Positions 1 to 8,247 of a DNA stretch of 64,000 nucleotides are shown here, piece by piece (the stretch's first letter is position 1; each line of letters starts with the position of its first letter). This DNA is from an uncultured Christensenella sp. (lineage in GTDB: Bacteria > Bacillota > Clostridia > Christensenellales > Pumilibacteraceae), in the NCBI GenBank assembly GCA_949948785.1, contig CATLGX010000001.1:15408-79407 (forward strand). The letters run 5' to 3'. The position numbers were made by a program, and so were the translations under genes. Under the pieces are notes generated by a model, which saw nothing but the letters and a program-made list of their open reading frames with translations, ran no database searches and was not told where the DNA came from.

Positions 1-177
1 TTTATCGAGGTCTTCTATACGCACGATAAATTTGCCGCCGCGGCTCTTGACGGAAAGATATGCCAGGAGAGCGCAAAGAACGTTTCCGAAATGCAAATCT
101 CCGCTCGGGGTCGGCGCGAACCGACCGACGGGACTGCTTTTATCGATTATTGCGTTTGGGTTCCGCGTATTCGACAT
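1..177 (-). CDS. gluQ: tRNA glutamyl-Q(34) synthetase GluQRS, N-terminal part (runs off window start)
   Basis: Not in the ORF track. Manual translation from ATG at 177 gives [64 protein letters not shown](T/S)PSG-LH-GN and RIEDLD are typical of GluQRS, and a full gltX is present elsewhere in the window. Confidence 0.8.
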   Translation of the reverse strand, partial: MSNTRNPNAIIDKSSPVGRFAPTPSGDLHFGNVLCALLAYLSVKSRGGKFIVRIEDLDK

Positions 178-183
178 GCGCCG

Positions 184-212
184 AGTATATTACATTTCCG
201 CGGTAATGTCAA
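184..212 (-). promoter_or_regulatory. sigma70-type promoter of gluQ (probably leaderless)
   Basis: TTGACA (212-207), 17 bp, TATACT (189-184), 6 nt, ATG. Confidence 0.65.
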
Positions 213-258
213 TACGTGTGTGCGAATATAATCATGTAGCGCGGTTGTTCGCAAAAGT

Positions 259-288
259 TTGACAAGAGCGTATATTTAATGGTATAAT
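259..288 (+). promoter_or_regulatory. sigma70-type promoter of the M60 gene
   Basis: TTGACA (259-264), 18 bp, TATAAT (283-288) with TG extension. AGGAG RBS precedes ATG 337. Confidence 0.65.
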
Positions 289-336
289 GCCGACATCTGC
301 GGCTTGTTCCAGAGCCGATAAGTCAAGGAGATTACT

Positions 337-3300
337 ATGGCGGATAAAGACATAAAGCCCCGCGCGGCAACCCCGCGCGCGACCGCTCCGAAGCCGACAT
401 CGACGGCAAAGCCCGTTGTTACCCGCACGCCTATTTCGCGTTCGACGACGGCAAAACCGACCGCCGCGGCAAAGCCTGCGGCATCCGTTAAGAAACAGGA
501 AAGCCCAGCGAGTATCACTCAACGCGCCGCAGACGCCAATCGGCGCCAAACGCCTGCCGCAAAGCCTGCGGCGAATGCCGCTAAGCCGACGCAGACGGCA
601 CAGAACGCGAAACCCGTCGTTACTCGCACGCCTGTTTCGAAATCCGCGCCGCTTGCTTCCAAACCGTCGCAAAGCGCGAAGCCGAGCGCGCAGGCTGCGA
701 AGCCGACAGCTCCCGCCGCAAAACGCGCGGAAGCGCAAACGTCCGTAAATTCCGTACGCGCCGAAAAAGAGAGCGCGGCGGCGCACGATAAAAAAGTCAA
801 GGCGGCGGCGATGACCGACACGTCTAAGCCGACCGCAAAACCGACGGCAAAGTCTAAGAGCGGCGCGAGCAAATCGTCGCGCGCAAGCTCGGCGACCGCA
901 ACCGACGATAGCCGCAAGCGAATTATGATTATTACAATCGTAGTTTGTGTGCTCGTGCTTGCCGCCGTACTCGGAATAATATTCGGCGTGCGCTCGTGCG
1001 GCGGACAATCTCCCGCGGGCGGCGACAAACCGTTCCAAATAACAGCGCCGTCCAACTCGAATACGTATAACGCCGGCGGCGAGCTTAAACCGAAAGACCC
1101 GTACGAGAATGTCGGCGCGGGCGAAGAAACGGTGTTCAATCCGTCCGACGTCAAAGATTACGATTACAATGCGGAAAAAGTTACAAACACCGCCGTCGGT
1201 TACTACGGCAAGGTAATAGGCGAGACGGAACGCGTTATTCCGCAAAAGACGCGCGACGAGGGTTTGGGCGTATACCCCAAGTACGGATACACGCTCTCTA
1301 CCGTCATAGGCAACGGTGATGAACAGGTGCGCGGCCGTAACGAGCTTATTGCCGAATCGAGCTATCTTACCGCGACGGGAACGTGGAACGCGGGCGGCGG
1401 AAATTACAAATGGATGGATAAGGACGGATTCCTTTACAACGGAACGACCGCCGAACCCGAAAAAACGCTCGATAAAACGGGCAAGCACCGCAGGCTTTAC
1501 AAACACTCCGCGTCGGTCGGGCTGTATATGGGCGACGTATCGCCCGACGAACCCGGCATCATCAAGAAAGTTACAATGCGTCCGCGCGGTTACAACGGTT
1601 ACGGCGTAACCGGAGTATACGCGCCTGCGGGCGAAGTAATAAAGATACAAATGAGCGAAGCCGACATGAACGCCACGGGCGGCGTAGTCATACATATCGG
1701 TCAAGCGTTATATAACGGAAAAGCAAACAATATATGGACGGCAAAGGGGCAGATGCAACGCATACCCCATCTTCTCAATACGATGGTCGTCGATAAGAAT
1801 ACTTCGGTGTTCGACGCGGAAGCCGGTATATATACCGCTTACGTTGGTTCGTTTATCGGCGGACCGCTGTATATCCGCAACGAGGGCGTAACCTTTACCG
1901 CCACGATATCGGGCGGCGTCGCTTACCAGCATTTTATTCTCGGCTATACGACGGAAGAGGAGTTTAGCGAAAACGCCAAATCGTCCGCACCGTATTTCGA
2001 CCTCGAAGTGTGGCATAACGGCGTGCTTCATTCCGGTCCCAAGTCCGGAGCAAACGGACTTTCTTACGACGATATTTACAAAGTAGCCGTTTTATGGGAT
2101 AAGGTAGCGAGCGTAACGACGACGGGAAGCAGTCAGGGCATTGTTTTCTTATACGACCCGTTTGTCGCGGCGGGCGCAGCCGTCGCTTTCCCCGGTCAGG
2201 GGTCTGTCAATTGCCCCGCGGGGTGGATGCACAACGCTATCGATTACAATTCGATTGTGTCTTCGGGAAGCTGGGGCAATTTCCACGAATATCACCATAA
2301 CTTCCAAGGATACGGCGTCGGCAACGGCGGCGAGGTTACTAACAACGGCATGACGCTCGTGTCGTACGCGCTGTTTACCAATATTTCCGCAAAGCGCGGG
2401 TTAGGCGGTTACGGGTCGCAAGGTTTAGGCGGCTGGAACAGTTATACGAGCGCGACGTGGGCGCTTAACGAAGTGCTCAAAATAGCCAAGGGACAGGACC
2501 CGAGCAACGGTAAGCAGGGACTTACGCTTTACTCGACTCTTCTCCATAATTTGGGCGCGGATAACTATATACAAGCGAAAGTGCGTCAACGCGCGCAGAG
2601 CTACGGCGAGAATTATACGGGTTATCTCAGAGCGTGGCAGGACGTTACGCATAACGACATGACCTATTTCTTCAAAGACGTTTTAAAAGGTATAGACGGC
2701 GACGTTGCGGATAAATATACAAATTCGGATTATTCGATGTTCGTGCCCGTATCGTCCGTGTACCAGACCGGTCGGAGTTATATGTACGACGGCGAAAAGA
2801 AGTACATTACGACAATGCAACCGTATGTAATACCTTTCGGAAAATCGATTACCGTGGACCTTGACAAGTACGACGCTCCCGACGGTCAATACCGCGGCGG
2901 CTCGATAGTTTTGCCCGACGGTTTTTCTTACACCGTTAAGAACGTGAGCGCGCCGACGCGCGGAACGTTGGAACTTATCGAAGGCAATCGATACAGATAC
3001 ACTCCCGACGGCAACAACCGTTCCGGTAAGATTATCGTTACGCTCGGCATAGAAAAAGACGACGGAGCGTTTGAAGTGGACGACGTGGACCTCGTGCTCG
3101 AATTCGAGCCGTCGCAGGAAGCCACGAAGATGGAAATAACGCGTACGACCTACACTTTCGGCGGCGAGACCAAGTATACGGACGCTCAAACCGCGTTCGA
3201 GAGCGGATACGCCGGTTACACCGATAAGCAATCGATTGTTCAGAGCAACCCTACTCAAAACTGCAATACCGATATTTGGTACTATCCCAACACCGACGCA

Positions 3301-4713
3301 GAGCATGACAAACATCCCGACGCGCCCGACCATTATTTCGTACCGACCGAAAACTCGGTTGCGGAGTTGACGGGCAAGCTGTACGTGCAAAACGAAGGAA
3401 AGTACAGAATTTATATACGCGGACGCAAAAATTGCGCGTTCTATTACAAGACGGACGACATGGAAGATTATGCGCTCGGCGGCACTATCAAAGACGAGAA
3501 TGCGCCGAGCAACAGCGCGTATTTCCGTCCCAACGACCCGAACACTTACGTCGACGTAGAGGCGGACGCCGGTTCTTGGATATACTTTAAATCGGTGCTT
3601 CTCGCAGAAAACTCGGGCGGAACGATAAGCTATATGGGACTTGGCATGTCGCAGTGGACTACGCCCATGTTTACAATGGTCGAAAAGCATTACGACAAGA
3701 ACGGGAACGAAGTCGAATCTGCCGAGTCCGAGGGATATCATCATTCCAAAACGCATTATTACAATTATCAAGGCGAAGAGGTAACGGAAGAAGAAGCCAA
3801 TAACGCCGCGCCGATAGCTCCGTCGTTCGGCAACAACAATCAGCCGTTCGTGAACGCGTTCAGAACCGATTACGAACAAATAACGTCGGAGTTCGAGACG
3901 GACTATTTCTACACGAGAAAATATACGTATACGCATTCGGAAGTTCCGTCGGGACTTAATCAGAGTTACATCGGCGAAAATCCTTGCCCCGACAATTTCC
4001 CCATAGAAAATCTGTTCGACGGCGACCTGAGCACGGTTTGCTCGTCGAAAGCGATAGTCAGCGCCGCCGCGCCGTGGACGTTGTTTATAGACCTCGGTAA
4101 GACAGTCAGTGCAAATCGCTGCGTCATTACGGGATATAAGTTCAACAACGACGGGAACAAAAATCAAACGCCCAATTCGTTTACGCTGTATGTCGGACAA
4201 ACGCAGGATGATTTGCGCGAAGTAGCGTCGTTTACAAACGGTGCGGTAAACGGTGTAACGACGCAGTTCAACATCGAAAAATCGACGTTCAGATATTATA
4301 AGCTGGTAGTTACGCATACCGTCGAAGGCAGATTTGCGGCAATAGCGGATATAGCGTTTACGAATACGCAGGTAGGCGTACAGAGCGCACCCGATGGCGC
4401 CGACTTTACGTACGGCGGCGATTGGACGGCAAAGTCCACGCAATCGACTTTCGGACACGTATATGTCGGAAAGAGAGATGCGACGGTGTCGTTCACGTTT
4501 AAAGGCACGCAATTCGGCATATTGTCGTCCTCGCTTTACGGAGATAATTTCGAGATTACAATCGACGGACAAAAGATAAACTCTGTCGAATTGTCCGCCC
4601 GCGACGGGACTTATCTGTCGTATCTGTCCGAAGAGATTGAAAGCGGCGAACACCATGTTGTCGTTAAGTGTCTCGGCAGTGCGAGCATAGATTCGTTTGT
4701 AATATATCCGTAA
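337..4713 (+). CDS. Membrane-anchored M60-like (enhancin/mucinase family) zinc metallopeptidase with C-terminal F5/8 type C (CBM32-like) and other beta-sandwich domains
   Basis: TGVYAPAGE M60 N-domain motif; WGNFHEYHH...GGEVTNN gluzincin signature; NLFDGD...IDLG...FRYYKL discoidin motif; TM helix near aa 196-218 after a long Ala/Lys/Pro-rich N-terminus. Confidence 0.85.
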   Translation: MADKDIKPRAATPRATAPKPTSTAKPVVTRTPISRSTTAKPTAAAKPAASVKKQESPASITQRAADANRRQTPAAKPAANAAKPTQTAQNAKPVVTRTPVSKSAPLASKPSQSAKPSAQAAKPTAPAAKRAEAQTSVNSVRAEKESAAAHDKKVKAAAMTDTSKPTAKPTAKSKSGASKSSRASSATATDDSRKRIMIITIVVCVLVLAAVLGIIFGVRSCGGQSPAGGDKPFQITAPSNSNTYNAGGELKPKDPYENVGAGEETVFNPSDVKDYDYNAEKVTNTAVGYYGKVIGETERVIPQKTRDEGLGVYPKYGYTLSTVIGNGDEQVRGRNELIAESSYLTATGTWNAGGGNYKWMDKDGFLYNGTTAEPEKTLDKTGKHRRLYKHSASVGLYMGDVSPDEPGIIKKVTMRPRGYNGYGVTGVYAPAGEVIKIQMSEADMNATGGVVIHIGQALYNGKANNIWTAKGQMQRIPHLLNTMVVDKNTSVFDAEAGIYTAYVGSFIGGPLYIRNEGVTFTATISGGVAYQHFILGYTTEEEFSENAKSSAPYFDLEVWHNGVLHSGPKSGANGLSYDDIYKVAVLWDKVASVTTTGSSQGIVFLYDPFVAAGAAVAFPGQGSVNCPAGWMHNAIDYNSIVSSGSWGNFHEYHHNFQGYGVGNGGEVTNNGMTLVSYALFTNISAKRGLGGYGSQGLGGWNSYTSATWALNEVLKIAKGQDPSNGKQGLTLYSTLLHNLGADNYIQAKVRQRAQSYGENYTGYLRAWQDVTHNDMTYFFKDVLKGIDGDVADKYTNSDYSMFVPVSSVYQTGRSYMYDGEKKYITTMQPYVIPFGKSITVDLDKYDAPDGQYRGGSIVLPDGFSYTVKNVSAPTRGTLELIEGNRYRYTPDGNNRSGKIIVTLGIEKDDGAFEVDDVDLVLEFEPSQEATKMEITRTTYTFGGETKYTDAQTAFESGYAGYTDKQSIVQSNPTQNCNTDIWYYPNTDAEHDKHPDAPDHYFVPTENSVAELTGKLYVQNEGKYRIYIRGRKNCAFYYKTDDMEDYALGGTIKDENAPSNSAYFRPNDPNTYVDVEADAGSWIYFKSVLLAENSGGTISYMGLGMSQWTTPMFTMVEKHYDKNGNEVESAESEGYHHSKTHYYNYQGEEVTEEEANNAAPIAPSFGNNNQPFVNAFRTDYEQITSEFETDYFYTRKYTYTHSEVPSGLNQSYIGENPCPDNFPIENLFDGDLSTVCSSKAIVSAAAPWTLFIDLGKTVSANRCVITGYKFNNDGNKNQTPNSFTLYVGQTQDDLREVASFTNGAVNGVTTQFNIEKSTFRYYKLVVTHTVEGRFAAIADIAFTNTQVGVQSAPDGADFTYGGDWTAKSTQSTFGHVYVGKRDATVSFTFKGTQFGILSSSLYGDNFEITIDGQKINSVELSARDGTYLSYLSEEIESGEHHVVVKCLGSASIDSFVIYP

Positions 4714-4725
4714 TACGTGCAATAC

Positions 4726-4768
4726 AAAAAACGGCGTTTCGGGAAACCGATTGCGCCGCTTTTGTTTT
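4726..4768. terminator. Probable bidirectional intrinsic terminator between convergent genes
   Basis: A-tract, CGGCG...CGCCG stem, then T-rich tail, between the M60 stop and the permease stop. Confidence 0.45.
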
Positions 4769-4780
4769 GTTCGTAAAATT

Positions 4781-5923
4781 TTACGTTTCCGTCATTATGG
4801 ATTTTACTGATGTTCTATTGAGCTTAAACGTGTACAACGCGACGATTGCGGTATAGCTCGCAACGAATGCCGCGAGTGTTATGAACAATGCGCCGACGTC
4901 AAAACCGTATTGAGGAACTTCGCCTACGTTAGCGAATACTATATTAACCATGAGCGTCAAAAATACGTATTGATAAACGGTGCCGACGGCAAAGCCGAGC
5001 GCGGCGAGTGGCGCGAATCCCAAAAAAACGGCGGCGGTGCGCTTTGCGAGCGGATATCCGACCGTCTTCATTAGCGCGATTGTTTTCCCGTTGTTTCTCA
5101 CGAGCGCTGTCATGGACATGAACGCTGACGTAAGCGCGAGAACAATGCCTATCGAAAGTATCAGCCAGCCCATCGCGGTGCCGTCGCTTATCAGGTTTTC
5201 CATGCCTATGCCCATTTGCACCATTGCGGCAAAGCAAAAACACGAAAAAGTTACGAAAAAGGCGAGCAGTTTGTTTGCGCTTACAGTCTTGAACGCGACT
5301 TCCGTAAGGAACGGTCTGTTCTTGCTTTTTACGTCGGGCTTGCTCGGCTTGGCGCTTTCGGCGCCGCCGCGCAGCAGCGCGATTGCCGAGCGGCGTGGCG
5401 CGACGCGCGCGACGCTCAAAGCCAATGCGGCAAACCGAGCGGACGGCGCGACTATCAATAACGCAATCAGCCAAGGACGGAATGTTATATTTACGGTTAT
5501 ACCGTCGATTGCGAGTTGTTCGTAAATGTACGGCATGAATGCGTGTCCCAAGCCGAATCCGAGTGTGCAACCGATTAAAACAGCGAGAGCGAATATGCAA
5601 AAGTTAACGGCGAGCCGCCTTTCCGAATACCCGAGCGCTTTGAGCGTGCCGAGCGTCGTCGCGTGTCCGTCGATGTACAGTTTGATATAAAACGCGAGAA
5701 GAAACGCGGCGATTATCGATAGCACGCCGCCCGTTACGCCGCAACACATTTGCGCCGTTGCGAGCTGCGCTTTGTATATGGCTTGAGACTGCTCGCCGAC
5801 TTCGGATTCGAGCGGAAGCACATCCAAGTAAAAATTGAGGAAAAACGTGCACACGAATACGGCGCAGAAACAGACTATCGAAATTCCAACGAGTTTCAGC
5901 CCGTCTTTTGCGGATATAACCAT
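4781..5923 (-). CDS. ABC transporter permease, FtsX-like
   Basis: Multiple TM helices; two FtsX-type motifs (LGTLKALGYS, IALMKTVGY); directly downstream of an ABC ATPase. Confidence 0.8.
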   Translation of the reverse strand: MVISAKDGLKLVGISIVCFCAVFVCTFFLNFYLDVLPLESEVGEQSQAIYKAQLATAQMCCGVTGGVLSIIAAFLLAFYIKLYIDGHATTLGTLKALGYSERRLAVNFCIFALAVLIGCTLGFGLGHAFMPYIYEQLAIDGITVNITFRPWLIALLIVAPSARFAALALSVARVAPRRSAIALLRGGAESAKPSKPDVKSKNRPFLTEVAFKTVSANKLLAFFVTFSCFCFAAMVQMGIGMENLISDGTAMGWLILSIGIVLALTSAFMSMTALVRNNGKTIALMKTVGYPLAKRTAAVFLGFAPLAALGFAVGTVYQYVFLTLMVNIVFANVGEVPQYGFDVGALFITLAAFVASYTAIVALYTFKLNRTSVKSIMTET

Positions 5924-5926
5924 GCT

Positions 5927-6613
5927 TTACCACCCGATTTCGTAAGCCGATTTTTGTCGGGATACCGCGTGCGTGTCTATAATTTCTCCGCTGTTCATTT
6001 CGATAACCGTTTGAGCCGTTTCGCCGATATTGCGGTTGTGCGTAACCATAATCATAGTAAAGCCGCGCCGCGTCTTTTCGCGCATTATGCAATCGAGCAC
6101 AGCACGTCCCGTCTTTTCGTCGAGCGCGCCCGTCGGCTCGTCGAGAAAAAGTATCTTCGGATTTTTTGCGAGCGCGCGCGCTATACATACGCGTTGCTGT
6201 TCTCCGCCCGACAGCTCGGACGGTTTGGCGCGCAGTTTATCGCAAAGTCCCAGTGCGTCTATAATCGGCATGTAGTTCTTGTTGCGGGCAATGTCCGCGC
6301 CGAGTTTTACGTTGCTTTCCACGCTGAGATGCGGAAGGAGATAGTATTGCTGAAATACGAATCCCACGTTGTCGCGTCGGAACGCCGTCAATTGCTTTTC
6401 GTTAAGTTCGGTAATATCCGTTCCTTCAACGGTAATCTTTCCGCAGTCGGGTCGTTCGAGTCCCGAAAGCATGTTCATAAGCGTGCTTTTACCCGAACCG
6501 GACGCGCCGAGTATAACCGCGAATTCGCCGTTGCGAATATCGACGGAAACGTTTTTTAACGCTTCGACTTTGCCGTTGTTATAAGTTTTACTTACGCTCG
6601 TAGCCTTTATCAT
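5927..6613 (-). CDS. ABC transporter ATP-binding protein (LolD/MacB-like)
   Basis: Walker A GASGSGKS, signature LSGGEQQRV, Walker [12 protein letters not shown]. Start placed at MIKATS. Confidence 0.92.
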   Translation of the reverse strand: MIKATSVSKTYNNGKVEALKNVSVDIRNGEFAVILGASGSGKSTLMNMLSGLERPDCGKITVEGTDITELNEKQLTAFRRDNVGFVFQQYYLLPHLSVESNVKLGADIARNKNYMPIIDALGLCDKLRAKPSELSGGEQQRVCIARALAKNPKILFLDEPTGALDEKTGRAVLDCIMREKTRRGFTMIMVTHNRNIGETAQTVIEMNSGEIIDTHAVSRQKSAYEIGW

Positions 6614-6744
6614 ATAAACTACGGTATTATACAATGCGTTAAAGGTAATTGTCAATATAAACGATTGCAAGCGCAGTGCTTATGTGATACAATAAATACG
6701 TGAATTTCCCGCAACTTTAAATGCGGTTCAATTCGACGAGGTAT

Positions 6745-8103
6745 ATGTTGAATAAACGTAAAATCATTGTAATCGTATTGTTATGTTTTGTTTGCGCGAT
6801 TGTTGCCGCATGCGGCGGCGCGAATAATTCTGACAGCAAAGACCACGACCCGGCGCCCGAGGGCGTTACTCCCGCCGTGTATATCGACGTAGACGGGAAA
6901 CAAGACATTACGAGTAAAGAGGAGTATCTTCCTGCGACCGTTACGCTCAAAGACGGCGACGGCGCGGTCGCTTTGGACGGCGTAAGCGCGAAAGTACGCG
7001 GCAGAGGCAATTATACGTGGACGTTGCCTAAAAAGGGATACAGAATCAAGTTCGATAAAAAACAGCAAATGCTCAGCGCTTATAAATGCAAAAGCTGGGC
7101 GTTACTGCCTAATTATACTGATAAGACGCTGTTGCGCAATTATTATGCAATGCAAGTCGCGCGCGGCATGGACGGGCTTGACTGGGCAACCGATGCCAAA
7201 CTCATTGAAGTTTACGTCAACGGCACGTATTTGGGTGTATACCTTTTGTGCGACCAAACGCAGGTGGACGAAAACAGAGTAGACGTGGAGGAAGGGTCGC
7301 TTGACGCCGACACGGGCTTTTTGGTCGAGCGCGACAGTTACGCATTGATAGACGCGGAGCTTGTCGAGGGCAGAGACTATTTTACTATTTCGGAAGATGT
7401 GTTCGTATCGCCCGATGCGAGTCTTAACGGCAAACCTATTCCGTATGTGTTGAAATCGCCGGAGTACCCCGACCGTGGCGATTACGATACCGATGCCGAG
7501 TTCGACATTGCGGCGGAAGCGTATGCGGCGCAGTTTGAATTTATAAAAGATTATATTACGTCTGCATTCCGTGCGGCGATTCGTGCGGATTATACGGAAT
7601 TTTCTCGGCTGTGCGACACCGACTCGTTTGCAGATTATTTTATTCTCGACCAAGTATCGAGCAATTACGAAATAGACAGGTTTTCGAGCTTTTATTTTCA
7701 CAAGGATAAGGGCGGGGCATTGATTGCGGGCCCCGTGTGGGATTTCGATATGGCTGCGGGCTATTACAATGTAAATCCCGCGCATGAGTTTCGTTATGTA
7801 AATAATTGGTTTATCGGTTTGGGACAGAACAGCGTCGAATTTCGCAAGCTGTACGCCGACAGAGTGGAAAAGCACTCGCAGTTATTTAAGCGAGAGGCGC
7901 AAAAACTCGCCGACGTCGCAAATGCGCATCGCGCCGCGATAGAGCGGAATAACAAAAAATGGCCGATTTCCGAATATGTCAGTCCCATGCCGCCCGAAAT
8001 AGCGGCGCTGAATACTTATAAAAAACAGCTTGACTTTTTTACGGATTTCATTACGCGCAGAATCGATTATGTCGTTGATTTTACGGCGGAGTGGCGGCGA
8101 TAA
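6745..8103 (+). CDS. CotH kinase family lipoprotein
   Basis: Lipobox-like IVAAC; RGRGNYTW..PKKGYRIKF, YVNGTYLGVY and GPVWDFD CotH motifs; GAGGT RBS. Confidence 0.85.
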   Translation: MLNKRKIIVIVLLCFVCAIVAACGGANNSDSKDHDPAPEGVTPAVYIDVDGKQDITSKEEYLPATVTLKDGDGAVALDGVSAKVRGRGNYTWTLPKKGYRIKFDKKQQMLSAYKCKSWALLPNYTDKTLLRNYYAMQVARGMDGLDWATDAKLIEVYVNGTYLGVYLLCDQTQVDENRVDVEEGSLDADTGFLVERDSYALIDAELVEGRDYFTISEDVFVSPDASLNGKPIPYVLKSPEYPDRGDYDTDAEFDIAAEAYAAQFEFIKDYITSAFRAAIRADYTEFSRLCDTDSFADYFILDQVSSNYEIDRFSSFYFHKDKGGALIAGPVWDFDMAAGYYNVNPAHEFRYVNNWFIGLGQNSVEFRKLYADRVEKHSQLFKREAQKLADVANAHRAAIERNNKKWPISEYVSPMPPEIAALNTYKKQLDFFTDFITRRIDYVVDFTAEWRR

Positions 8104-8110
8104 ATATCGC

Positions 8111-8139
8111 TTGACAGTCGCCGCCGCGCGTGATATAAT
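8111..8139 (+). promoter_or_regulatory. Consensus sigma70 promoter with extended -10
   Basis: TTGACA (8111-8116), 17 bp, TGaTATAAT (8131-8139). Confidence 0.75.
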
Positions 8140-8162
8140 ACTTTCATTATAACCGCGAGTCG

Positions 8163-8201
8163 AAGAAGCCTTGTAGTCGTACAAGGCTTCTTGCGTTTTT
8201 T
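8163..8201 (+). terminator. Terminator-like hairpin in the leader of the repeat lipoprotein gene
   Basis: AAGAAGCCTTGTA-gtcg-TACAAGGCTTCTT, a 13-bp perfect stem followed by gcgTTTTTT. Confidence 0.6.
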
Positions 8202-8247
8202 GCGGTTGTTGCGCGTTTTGTCGCGCGTAACGCAAAGGAGCAATGAG

